This document shows positions 25,802 to 37,787 of a stretch of 64,000 nt of DNA, piece by piece. Made by a program: the position numbers and the translations under genes. The stretch comes from Octopus sinensis (Eukaryota), in NCBI RefSeq assembly GCF_006345805.1, contig NC_042998.1, positions 52,514,001 through 52,578,000 on the forward strand, written 5' to 3'. A model generated the notes under the pieces. It was not told where the DNA came from, did no database searches, and worked only from the letters and a program-made list of their open reading frames with translations. Position 1 is the first letter of the stretch. Each line of letters starts with the position of its first letter.

Positions 25802-27232
25802 GTTGTGGGATGGGGGGCTCTGAAAGGGATCTCAAAGAGTAGCATCCCTGCCTTCCTGAGTTAGTTTTCCACCATATTTCTTAAATTTCGTGGTAGAGGA
25901 CTTGGTCTCAGGACCACTCATATCTAGAAACCATTGAAAATCCAGCTCTGAGAGAGCCTCCTGATAGCAAAGGAGGATGGGTACCAACCAGCCCAAAGGT
26001 TGGGGTGTACTACACCTGCCTACCTCAAAAAGAAAAGTGTAAACCTTTATCCTGAGTTGTGCAAGCACGACTTGCCTTATGATAGCTGACGGCCTGAGAA
26101 GCTTAGGGTGAGGTTGGAAAGTTGAAATGTGGCCACTTTGCGTGGAAGGGGAACTGAGGTGTGTGATGAATTGAAGAAGAGGTGGGTGGATGTGTGTTGT
26201 GTGCAGGAGGTTAGGTGGAGGGGCCAGGGTGCAAGATTTGTGGAGGTCAAGGGAAGAAGGTACAAGTTGTGGTGGTCAGGAAATAGCAAGGGGACTGGAG
26301 GTGTGAGAGTTTAAGTGAAGGATGAAATTTGTGAGAAGGTGGTGGAGGTCAGAAGAAAGAGTGACAGAGTGATGACAGTGGTGTTAGCATTTCTGGAAGA
26401 AGTGGTGAGGGTGATTTGTGGGTATCGTCCACAAAATGGAAGGGGGATCATTGAGAAAGAGCGGTTTTTTGATGAAATTGGTGAATGAGTGCAATTTACA
26501 TAAGGTCGATGAATTGGTTTGGGACATGGGCGATTTTAATGAACATTCAATGGGCGATTTTAATGGACATTTAATGTCATTTTAAAAATATAGACATGTT
26601 GTTATTTGGAAGATAGGGTGGATGTAAGTGATGGATGTGAAGCATATGTCACAGCAAGAGTGAGACTTGGTTGGGTGAAGTTCAAGGAATGTGGAGTGTT
26701 ATATGGGAAAAGGTTCTCTTTGAAGATGAAAGGAAGGATCTATAGAACTTGTGTGAGAGCTGCAATGCTGTATGGGAATGAGACATGATGTCTGAGGGAG
26801 AGAGAGATGGCAATTATGAAAAGGACCAAAAGAGCAATGGTGAGAGAAATGTGTGGTGTGAAGCTGTTTAATAAGAGGAGGACTGAGGACTTGATGGGGA
26901 TGCTGGGGTTGGAGGAATCGGTGGAAGAGCTAGCAAGCACAAATAGAGTGCCGTGGTATGGGCCTGTGTTGAGGAAGGAAGAGGAGCATGTTCTGAGGAG
27001 GGTGCTTGAGTTTGAGGTAAATGAACCGTGAAAGTGAGGTAGACCAAGGAAAACATGGAGGGGACAGATGGAGGAAGAGATTGGGATGGTTGGCTTGAGA
27101 AGGGAGGACTTCCAAAACCAGGCAAGATGGCGAGATGGTGTGAGGGTGGTTGCTATAGCATTGAGGTAGATCCAGCCATCCCATTAATGGGGACAAATAC
27201 CGGATTTAAAACACTGGATGATGATGATGATG
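25802..27232 (+). mobile_element. Internally deleted RTE LINE (5' UTR, APE start, RT C-terminus, (GAT)n tail) inserted in a SINE A
   Basis: VCCVQEVRWRGQGA and MGDFNGH followed directly by TARVRLGW.KFKE...AAMLYGNET. SINE A halves lie at about 25500-25800 and 27234-27305. Confidence 0.9.
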
Positions 27233-27302
27233 AGGTCCTGGGGTACCAGGGCTGATTTGTTGGATTAAACCCTTTAAGGCAGTGCCCTGACATGGTTGCA
27301 GT

Positions 27303-27830
27303 CCAATTCTTCTTCTTCTCATCATCATCATCCTTGTTTAACATCTGCTCTCCATGCTGGCATGGGTTGGATGGTGGGACCAGAGCTGGCAAGCAGGAGA
27401 GCTGCACCAGACTCCAAACTGATTTGGCTTCATTTCTACATGCTGATACCCTTCCTAATGCCAGCCAATTAACAGAGTGTGCTGGGTGCTTTTTATACAC
27501 CATCAGCATGGGTGCATTTGTGCAGCACAGGCATGGGTGCATTAATGCAGCACCAGCACAGGTTCCTTTTTAAGTGGCACCAGCACCTGAAAGGACAAGC
27601 CTGTATGGGTCGATGTGGTAGACAGTGATTTTACTTAACTTGATGTGTCTTATCCAGTATAGTGAATTATCACATATTCCAGTTGCTTGTCCTTTCCTTA
27701 GTGAGGCCCAGTATCTGATGATCCTTTCTTATCACTTTGTCCTTTGTCTTCCTGGGTCTACACCTTTCACAGGTACCTTCCACAATTAGAGCTCTGTACT
27801 TCTTTATGCTGCAGCCCTCTTCCATACACA
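27303..27830 (-). mobile_element. RTE LINE 3' end (coding end and family E UTR)
   Basis: IKKYRALIVEGTCERCRPRKT followed by the family E UTR and (GAT)n. Confidence 0.85.
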
Positions 27831-27870
27831 TGCAAACAAAAGAAAAAAGATTAAGAAAATCATATTTAGT

Positions 27871-28103
27871 ATATTCTGTTGTGTCTGGGGAGAGTAATTT
27901 TCTTTTTGTGCCTTATAATGTAACACACTCACCGGTAAAATTTCCACTTATTTCTTATTTCTACTTTCCTAAAATTTTTATTGCATCTTGCAACCTTTTC
28001 AATAGTCTTAACTCTATAAGAAATAAGTGGAAATTTTACTGGTGAGTGCATTACATTATAAGGCACAAAAAGAAAATGACTCTCCCCAGACACAACAGAA
28101 TAT
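27871..28103. mobile_element. MITE with ~87-bp terminal inverted repeats
   Basis: Arms 27871-27958 and 28016-28103 are near-perfect reverse complements; TA-like flanks. Confidence 0.85.
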
Positions 28104-28359
28104 GTTCAACACACGAACTCATATAAAGAATCTTGCAAACCAAATCCAAAAACAAAATGTTTAGTATGGATAAACTAATAATTTGTCTTTTAGAATTTGA
28201 TAGTAACATGGTAAAAATGCTAAATTATTTTGTTGACATCCTGAAAATGTTATAAACTTTTGAAAGAATGTGATATAATTCGTTTTTTGGACAGTGAATC
28301 ACAAAGCACATTACATAAAACTATAAATAGTAAGGCCACATCCCCTGATGGAAAGGATT

Positions 28360-28618
28360 GATCTGTAAGAATCCTGTGCTGGTGTCACGTGAAAGGCACT
28401 TGTGTCAGTGTCACATAGAAGTGCTCATGCTGGTGCCATGTTAAAAGCACCAGCACACACTATAAAGTGGTTGGCATTAGGAAGAACATCCTATCATAGA
28501 AACCAAGCCAAATCAGATTGGAACCTGGTGAAGTTTTATATGCCAGCTATGGTCAAATCATCCAACCCATGCTAGCAGGAAAAATGGACAATAAAAGATG
28601 ATGATGATGATGATGATA
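28360..28618 (+). mobile_element. RTE 3'-UTR fragment (family E)
   Basis: Family E sequence and (GAT)n tail. Confidence 0.8.
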
Positions 28619-29279
28619 TTGGGTTGAAAATTTTTTTTGGCTAGAGAAAGCTGAAGGTTGCCTGTAGTATAGAAAACCCACATTTGTTGATATGACCAAA
28701 GCAATCCTTTGGATTTCTCTATTTTAGAAACTTAAAAACATTCAATTTTTTTTTAATCCTAAAGTGTTTTTCAACCCAATATTTACATGCTATAAGTTGG
28801 TAGAATAATTTGCACACTGTATAGAATGCTTAGTGGGATTTTTTCTGACTTTATATTTCTGGGTTCAAATTCCACTGAGGTCAACTTTGCCTTCTATCCT
28901 TGTGAGATCAATAAAATAAGTACTAGTTGAGCACTGGGGGTCCTGAAATTGCTGGCCTTGTGCCAAAATTTGAAAGCCAATATTTACATGCTGTTGTTTA
29001 TAGCTTTTTGTATGCTTTGAGATTCACTGTTCCTGAAAGGAATTACTAAATTGTTACTTGATAGGAATTTGTTCATCATGAAGTTATGTTTTTTTTTCTC
29101 TTACTTGCTCCACTTTTAACTAAAAGTGATGAGGAGTGTTCATTGTTTCACTGAAAGTACAACCCTGAACCAATGATAAGACAGGAACTTAAAATGTTTC
29201 AAGAAGCTAAAACTTTATCCTATCAACCATTGCAATTTTCCATATAAAGAATGAGCGATGTTCACTTTACCAGGTAGAA

Positions 29280-29737
29280 TTTTGCAAGACCAATCTCAAA
29301 ACACTGAGCTTTATGAAGAAGATGACAGAGAACCAAGATATGTGGCACATTGCTGTCCTCAAGAAGACTCACCCTTCACAACAGAAGTGAGATCCTAAAA
29401 CCAAGGTGCCATGTAAAACGTATTGGTGCGGGTTCTGGTGTCACATAAAAAGCACTGGCTTTGGTGCTGTGTATTAAGCACTGGTTCTGGTGACCTGTAA
29501 AAAACACTGGTGATGGTGTCCTGTAAAAAGCACTGGTGGTGGTATCAGGTAGAAAGCACCTGGTGTGCTCTGTAAGGTGGTTGGCATTAGAAGGGCATCC
29601 AGTCATAGAGACCAAGCCAAAATAGACTATGGAACATGGTGTGACCCCTGGTCTTGCCCATTTCTGTCAAGCCATCCAACCCATGCTAGCATAGAAAACG
29701 GTTGTTACATGTTGATGATGATGATGATGATGATGAT
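29280..29737 (+). mobile_element. RTE 3' end (family E)
   Basis: LKTLSFMKKMTENQDMWHIAVLKKT, then UTR and (GAT)n. Confidence 0.8.
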
Positions 29738-30389
29738 ATGTTCAATGAAAATGTCAGCATTCAAGTGTTGAGTGGAGTCCTGCCAGAGATAAGAAAAATC
29801 AAAGAGAGAGACATAGGTTTAGGTTATCCAAACTAATCTGCAAATACTAAATTAGAAATACTCGAATACAAATACTAAATTAGATGAAGTAAGTAAGTGC
29901 AGACACACTGAAATGCCTGCAAGTAAAACAAAATGTTATTGGCAACAGGTAAGGCAAATTATATTAGTAATTATAATGAAATTAGTTTTGCTTCACTTAT
30001 TTCTTTAAACAGTGAAGTGAAAACAGGAAGATGTTATGTTCATACATTCTTATTAATAATACTGTTGCTGAGACAAGGGGAAGTGGATCAAAACTGCAAT
30101 TAAAATTCAATTCACTGAGAATTTAACAACACATAACGCCATATGCTGCAACAACAATGATAACAGAGTAAATTATTTATAACTTCTGACTTTTTCTCTC
30201 AAAGTTTGGAAAACAGAATTAAATTCTTTTGTTTTAAATTGTTGTACTGACTGTTTCTGGTTCATTTTCAGTTAACAGATGAAACTCTACCATTGCCATC
30301 ACTGCCATCGCCCCCCCCCCCCCATTACTACTAGTGTTATTATTAAGGCAGCAAGCTGGTAGAATTGTTAGTGTGCTGGTAGAATTGCT

Positions 30390-31180
30390 AAGGCGGCGAG
30401 CTGGCAGAAACGTTAGCACGCCGGACGAAATGCTCAGCAGTATTTTGTCTGCCGTTACATTCTGAGTTCAAATTCCGCCAAGGTCGACTTTGCCTTTCAT
30501 CCTTTCGGGGTTGATAAATTAAGTACCAGTTACGCACTGGGGTCGATGTAATCGACAATACCTATGTCTGTCCTTGTTTGTCCCCTCTATGTTTAGCCCC
30601 TTGTGGGTAATAAAGAAATAGGTATTATGTCCGCCGTCACGTTCTGAGTTCAAATTCTGCTGAGGTCGATTTTACCTTTCATCCTTTCGGTGTCAATTAA
30701 ATAAGTACCAGTTACACACTGGGGTTGATGTAATCGACTTAATCCCTTTGTTTGTCCCCTCTGCATTTATCCTCTTGTGGGCAATAAAGAAATAAGAATT
30801 GTTAGTGTGCTGGACAAAATGTTAAGTATTTTGTCAGGCTTTATGTTCTGAGTTCAATTCCTCTGTGGTTGTTCTGAATTATGTTCTGAATTCCTTTAAG
30901 GTTGACATGGCCTTTCATCCATTTGAGGGTCAATAAAATAAGTACCATTTGAGCCCTGTGGGTCGATGTAATCAACTAGACCCCTCCTACTTCCAAAAAA
31001 AAAATCAATAATATTACAGCAGTAAGCTGGCAGAATTGTTAGAAGATTGGGAAAAATGCTTCGTGGTATTTTTCCCAACTCAGGTTCTGAGTTCAAATTC
31101 TGAGATTAACTTCGTTTTTCATCCCTTTACAGGCCTATAGAATAAAGTACCAGTCAAGTACTGGGGTTGATGTAACTTAG
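30390..31180 (+). mobile_element. Cluster of tandem/nested SINE family B copies
   Basis: Young full copy at 30390-30621 (CpGs retained) followed by partial and older copies. Confidence 0.88.
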
Positions 31181-31473
31181 TAGTTCCCCAAGTGGGTGGT
31201 ATTGCTCCCCTGAGGATGGCGGAAAGTTCCAAGGGGATGTTGAAGAAAAGTGGAGCGAAAATGGGGGAGCAATTCATGTAAAAACAACAAAATAATCGGT
31301 TCATTAGCTTAAGGTTTATTTGTTAAATACAATTGCTTTGCATTCTGTTGGTCTTTACATTTCCAAGTTCCAATTCTGCCAAGATAGACTTTGCTTTTCA
31401 TCCTTTCAGAGTCAATTAAATAAGTACCAGTTGAGCACTGGGGGTCAAGCAGAAAGAATTATTATTGTTATTA

Positions 31474-31516
<43 letters not shown>

Positions 31517-31530
31517 TATTATTATTATTA

Positions 31531-31570
<40 letters not shown>

Positions 31571-31574
<4 letters not shown>

Positions 31575-31945
31575 TAGTTTTATTTTTATAGCGTGCTTTC
31601 ACTTCACTACCGAGCGCAGCTCTGTGTGCCTTGGGTATGTGCTGTGATTTGTTGTGATGCTCTGATGGTTATTGTATGGAAAGTGTTCTGCGTAGGATGT
31701 GTGCAGTGCCTAGTAGTGCAATTTTCTGTATGTTATATGTGTTTGTAAGTCCTGGTGTTTTTGTTATGTATTTGTCTGAATATTTTTTTATCATGCCTAA
31801 TGCACCTACTATGATAGGAATTGTTTCTGTTTTCAGGTTCCACATTCTAGTTACCTCTATTTCCAGGTCTTTGTATTTTGAGAGTTTCTCCATTTCTTTT
31901 AGAGACACGTTGTCATCTGCCGGTATTGATACATCAATTAGAAAG
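31571..31945 (-). mobile_element. R4/Dong-clade LINE 3' end (restriction-like endonuclease) inside a (TAA)n tract
   Basis: EKLSKYKDLEIEVTRMW...IPIIVGALG...QKIALLGTAHILRRTL*, short UTR, (AAT)n on both sides. Confidence 0.85.
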
Positions 31946-31974
31946 CATTTTTTTAATTATTATTATTATTATTA

Positions 31975-32014
<40 letters not shown>

Positions 32015-32053
32015 ATTATTATTATTATTACTATTATTATTATTATTATTATT

Positions 32054-32677
32054 GAGTGAGAGAGCAGTGCATGCCATCAAAGTGACACTGGGGTAAAATA
32101 GACGAAGCCCAGTATACCCATCATGACTACCCATCTGATAAGGATACACCAGGCACATGCATCACAACCATATGTGCGCGACATGGTGATCTCATATCAA
32201 GATAAACAGTGCATGACCATGCAGGTGGGGCCCAGTTAGAATTTTCTTCAGGTTGAGTATCCCATTCCGCTCAAAAGGTCCCTGAATAAGGGTTGTTTAA
32301 GGATGTTGAACGAAACACCCATGTTTCCAGAGGTGAATTATTCAAGCTCCAAAAATCCCTCTCAACACATGGCTATGATGCTCCCCCACTACTTCTGCTC
32401 GTGATCAGAGATGCACATATTGTCATCCACTAAGGGGCATGCTCAACTGGTTAAGGTCAAACAACTGACAAGCAAATCTGTGGTATTGAGCAGAATATTT
32501 GCTGTAGCCCATCTTTTATACTAAGACAAAACAATGTACATGATAACACTTCCAATCAGTTAAGATCAGCAGCCATGAGAGCCACTGCTTGGTACTGCAC
32601 CAGGGCATTTACATGAGCCACTGCCTGGTACTGCATCTGGGCATTTATTATTATTATTATCCTTATTATTATTATTA

Positions 32678-32720
<43 letters not shown>

Positions 32721-33310
32721 GAGTGAGAGAGCAGTGCATGCCATCAAAGTGACACTGGGGTAAAATAGACGAAGCCCAGTATACCCATCATGACTACCCA
32801 TCTGATAAGGATACACCAGGCACATGCATCACAACCATATGTGCGCGACATGGTGATCTCATATCAAGATAAACAGTGCATGACCATGCAGGTGGGGCCC
32901 AGTTAGAATTTTCTTCAGGTTGAGTATCCCATTCCGCTCAAAAGGTCCCTGAATAAGGGTTGTTTAAGGATGTTGAACGAAACACCCATGTTTCCAGAGG
33001 TGAATTATTCAAGCTCCAAAAATCCCTCTCAACACATGGCTATGATGCTCCCCCACTACTTCTGCTCGTGATCAGAGATGCACATATTGTCATCCACTAA
33101 GGGGCATGCTCAACTGGTTAAGGTCAAACAACTGACAAGCAAATCTGTGGTATTGAGCAGAATATTTGCTGTAGCCCATCTTTTATACTAAGACAAAACA
33201 ATGTACATGATAACACTTCCAATCAGTTAAGATCAGCAGCCATGAGAGCCACTGCTTGGTACTGCACCAGGGCATTTACATGAGCCACTGCCTGGTACTG
33301 CATCTGGGCA
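32054..33310 (-). mobile_element. Two full-length family D copies in direct tandem (32054-32644, 32721-33310)
   Basis: 667-bp period; copies look identical by eye; (TAA)n on both sides and between. Confidence 0.95.
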
Positions 33311-33349
33311 TTTATTATTATTATTATCCTTATTATTATTATTATTATT

Positions 33350-34140
33350 GAGAAAGCGGCGAACTGGCAGAATCATTAGAGCGCACCAGACGAAATGCTT
33401 AGTGGTATTTCATCTGTCTTAACATTCTGAGTTCAAATATCACCTGGGTCAACTTTGCTTTTCAGGGTTGATAAACTAAGTACCAGTTATGAACTGAGAT
33501 TGATGTAATCGTCTCATCCCCTCCCGCAAAATTTTAGACCCTGTGCCTATAGTAGAAAAGATTATTGTTATTACTGTGGTGGTGAGCTGGTAGAATCATA
33601 AGCACACTGGGCAAAATGCTTAGTGGCATTTCATCCATCCATACATTCTGAATTCAAACTCCACTGAGGTCAACTTTGCTTTTTATTCTTTCGGGTCAGT
33701 AAATTAAGTACCAATGAAACACTGGGGTCGATGTAATTGATTAGTCCCCTTCCCCAAAATTTCAGGCCTTGTGCCTATAGTAGAAAGGATTATTATTATT
33801 ATTAAATAAAAAGGCAGCAAGCTAGCAAAATCGTTAATAGGCCAGGCAAAATGCTGCAGTTCACTCCTCTTTCATTTTGAGTGCAAATGTCACCAAATGC
33901 TGACTGCCTTTCATCCTTTTGGGGATCAATAAAATAAATACCAGTCAAGCACTGAGATTGATGTAATTGACTAGCCCCCAACCCCACTCACCCAAAATGC
34001 CAGGCAGTAGAAAGACTTATTATTATTAATTGTCTTTCATTGTTTTAGGATCAATACTATAAAGTACCAATTAAATACTAGGATCTATGTAATTGATATT
34101 ACTCCTCTCCTCAAAATTGCTGGCCTTGTGCCAAAATTAG
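33350..34140 (+). mobile_element. Array of degenerate SINE family B copies
   Basis: Repeated gagctggcagaatc / gagttcaaat / aagtaccag / gatgtaatt modules. Confidence 0.8.
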
Positions 34141-34289
34141 AAAGAATTATTAATATCATTATTAATATTAGGCATCCCAAGGACAGTGGATGGCAGAATT
34201 GGAAATGCTCCTTAACAATGTACCATGAGGTATGTTGTTAGGGAGTATTTGGTATACAAAGCAATGAGGGTACTCTACACACCATTAAC

Positions 34290-34560
34290 ATCATCATCAT
34301 TGTTTAATGTCCGTCTTCCATGCTAACATGGGTGGGATGGCACCATAAGAGCTGGCAAGACCGAAGCCTGCACCAAACTTCTGTGACTGTTTTGGCAAGA
34401 TTTTTACTGCTGGATGCCATTCCTAACACCAGCAGAGTAGACGTAGTGCTTTTTACATTGTACAAGCACAGGCAAGGTTTTTACAGCTGGATGCTCCTCC
34501 AAACACCAAGCACTTTACAGTGTGGAATGGGTACTTTTAAGTGGCACTTACACTGACAGG
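34290..34560 (-). mobile_element. RTE 3'-UTR fragment (family E)
   Basis: Family E similarity. Confidence 0.72.
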
Positions 34561-34715
34561 GTCACTATGTACTTGCAAGACAAAAAAAAATGGTTTACAA
34601 ACCAATGAGGGAACTCTATGCATTTGCAGTTAGAAATAACCAAGTCCAATCTTATATTATCCAATGAAAAGATACATTGGATAATATAAGCCTAGATATT
34701 TTATTTATTTATTTA

Positions 34716-35022
34716 TGCACCCTTTACAAGCCTAGCCAGGCTCATGGGCCCAGTTTCCCAGTTTCTGTGGAATATGTCTTCCCCTCATCTAGACGTGGAA
34801 TGCCAGTCCATCGCAGCGTTATTCAAGAAACAGGAAGAAAGAGTGAGAGAAAGTTGGGGCAAAAGAGTACAACAGGGGTCACCACCACCTCCCTGCCGGA
34901 GCCTTGTGGAGCTTTAGGTGTTTTTGCTCAATAAACACACACAAATCCCGGTCTGGGAATTGAAACCGCAATCCTCTGACCGCGAGTCTACTGTCCTAAC
35001 CACTGGGCCATTGCACCTCCAC
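34716..35022 (-). mobile_element. SINE family C, full length
   Basis: A-box TGGCCCAGTGG and family body. Confidence 0.9.
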
Positions 35023-36607
35023 ATAAGTCTAGATATACAAACATATATTTATTAATGATAGAGGCAGTAATGATACTGAGAGGTAATATTTATTCCCACT
35101 TGAGCATGGATGTCCTGTTAGAACAAACAATACTGAAGTAGTTACCACGAGGGAAACTCTCGTGTGGTAACTGCTGCAGTGTTGCTTGTTCTGATAGAAC
35201 ATCCACGATTAAGTTTAGATATACAAAGATATACACCTAGAAGGAGCAGGTACATATTGAACAGTCTAGTCCCTGATAAGAAAAAGATAGATTTCTCATG
35301 TGTAGAATATTTTTGATCATAAGTCTATTATTTTGGCAGGGATTGTTAACTTGGGGGCTTGAAATAGCAAGAAAAGAAGAAAGGACATATTGAATAATAT
35401 GTTCTATGAGAGCTCAGAAAGTCATGGTTGAACTGTTTTTGATTGAAGGTTTGTTCAATCATGATTGACCTATGGCTAAACAGCATCATTGAATTATTGA
35501 AACGGTGATTTTGTGGGACTTATTTTCAGTGACTTAATTTCATGCTAGAAAAAAAGAAAAGAAAGGAAGAATAGAAACACATTGAGTAATGTAGTCTAAG
35601 AAAGCTCTAAAAGAATGGTGTGGTTCTAGCTGAATTGCTTTTGATCATTAGTTTTGTTCAGTTACAATTGACCTAGGGTTAAGCAACATCATTGTCATGA
35701 ACGACTCACTGAAAGGTCAATTTTGTGAGAGTAAGACTCAAAGTAGAAGTTGAACAAGGTCAGCCACTGGTCAGTAAGTAATCTGTTGTCTTATTGATTA
35801 GAGCCAGTAATGGCATTTCAAATGCATTAACTGTCTCAGGTTTTTTTTTTAATTTGATTAAATGAATTAAATCAATAAACTGTTCTCTGTTACCAAGGTT
35901 TCTAAAACATGCAATACAAGACAGGATCATAAAATAGCCAGGGTTGAAAAATACTTCTAATTTCAGATATTGGAAATGAAGTGAAAGTATCTGCTATCTG
36001 CTAATATCTATGTAACTCGTTACATCACACAGCCATTCAGCATCACTGAGACTCTGAGTTACCATAGTAATTCTATTTTGGTAACAACATTCTGTATACA
36101 GCATATACATGTTATACATAAGCTGATCACTGGAATATGTTAGTTTTCATTTTATAAATTTAACATTCAAAAGGTTCGTGTTTGCTTTCTTTCTATTTCT
36201 TTCTTTAAATTTTATTCCTTTCTTTCATGCTTTTCTAATATTTCTCTATCTAAAGATGGTGAACTGGAATAACTGTTACTATGCTGAGCAAAATTCTTGG
36301 TGACATTTCATCTGTCTTTATGTTCAGAGTTCAGATTCAACTTTGCCTTTTGTCCTTTCAGGGTTTCTAAAATAAGTACCAGTCGAACACTGGGGTTGAT
36401 GTAATCAACTTATCCCCTCCTCCGAAATTGCTGACCTTGTGCCAAAATTTGAAACCAATATTTCTTTCAAGCCTTTTAATTTTATATCTATTTTATTCAC
36501 CCTCACTTTAACATGCTTTTTCTCAGCTTCACCAAAATATGTTTATCTCAAGCCTTCTTCTATATCTGTTATATTTATCTTTGACTTTATATGCTTGACT
36601 CATAATC

Positions 36608-36710
36608 TTTATATCTGTTTTGCTCAGCCTTGCTTTTATATCAGTTTTGCCCAGCTTGGCCTTTATATCTGTTTTGCTCATCCTTGCCTTTATATCTGTT
36701 TTTCTGAAAC
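36608..36710. repeat. 27-bp minisatellite, about 3.7 copies
   Basis: Unit tttatatctgttttgctcagccttgct with variants. Confidence 0.85.
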
Positions 36711-37115
36711 TTGTTTTGTATCTGCTTCATCCATCTTCAAGTTGTTTTAATGATTCATATTTTTATATCTGTTCTTAAACTTGTCTTTTATATGCTATTT
36801 TTAAAACCTTACATTTACATCTTCACAAGCTTGCTTTCATATCTCTTTTATTCATGTTACTATCTAAATTGCTTTCTTACCCCTCTTATTATATCTATTT
36901 TTTCTTACATTCATACCTCTTTTCCTTTAGCTTTTACTCTTTTCATACCGTAATATAAATTTCTTTTCTAGTTGCCCCTTTAAGTTCTTAATCCTCCATC
37001 TTTATCTTAATCTATTAGCTTTTAAACAAGCCATTTTAGCTCACATATCCTACCTGTATTATGTTCAAATTGGCCAGATACAGCCTCTCACAAACTCTAC
37101 AATGTCATACAAATA

Positions 37116-37340
37116 TTAGGTTGTCCGGAAAGTTTGTGCTAATTTTTGAAGGAAAGAAAAAGGTCAATAAATACTTGCCATTACATTTTTAATCAACCAA
37201 ATATACACCATTTTGTTGCACAATGCGTCTCCATCTTTCCTTTAACTTGAAAATACCCTCTTCCCAGAATTGAAGTGCCTGGGATGATAAGTCGAAAGGT
37301 AAGCTACTATAAATCGACACAAACTTTCCAGACAACCCAA
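37116..37340 (-). mobile_element. Mariner deletion derivative (MITE), nested in a TTAA-ending repeat (about 37020-37452)
   Basis: TIRs ttaggttgtccggaaagtttgtg / cacaaactttccagacaacccaa, TA on both sides, internal FWEEGIFKLKERWRRIVQQNGVY. Confidence 0.9.
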
Positions 37341-37686
37341 TATATCATCAAAATTTCAAAGCTATGTGATAATGCCCAATTAATTCAAAACCATGTACAG
37401 TAAGTGAATAAGCATTACTTTTGACAGAGTGATATGATTTCTTAAGGGTTAATATGCTTTTTAATTCTTTTTAAAATAATGGTTATATTCTACTTCAACT
37501 CTGTTTTCTTTTACCTTTTATCCTTAGATATTTATATTTATATGTTTTCCTTCTTCCATTAATAGCTATTTCCTAATTTTTCTATTAATTTTACTTTCGT
37601 TTATTATTGCTATTATGTTAAACTGTCGTATGTCCAAATTTAGCCAAATGCATTTTTTTTTCAATATTTATTTTTACTTGCAATAG

Positions 37687-37787
37687 CTGGTTCTTTTGGT
37701 CAAACAATTGTATCTCCTGCTGCTTCAGATGCTATGATATCAAAAATTGTTGAAGTGTTGTACAACGGCTTTGCTATGAAATGGTGA
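37687..37787 (+). CDS. Candidate coding exon of an unidentified host gene
   Basis: Strong acceptor tatttatttttacttgcaatag. Open phase-1 frame GSFGQTIVSPAASDAMISKIVEVLYNGFAMKW* in non-repetitive DNA; either terminal (TGA 37785-7) or spliced at TG|gt (37784). Confidence 0.42.

Noticed and set aside
25940-26000. TCCAGC...AAAGGAGGATGGG resembling twister ends in the RTE 5' UTR
   Set aside because: Lacks the GGUNCAAGCCC core.
33350-34140. Regularly spaced repeats resembling a CRISPR or other array
   Set aside because: These are consecutive degenerate SINE B copies in a eukaryotic context.
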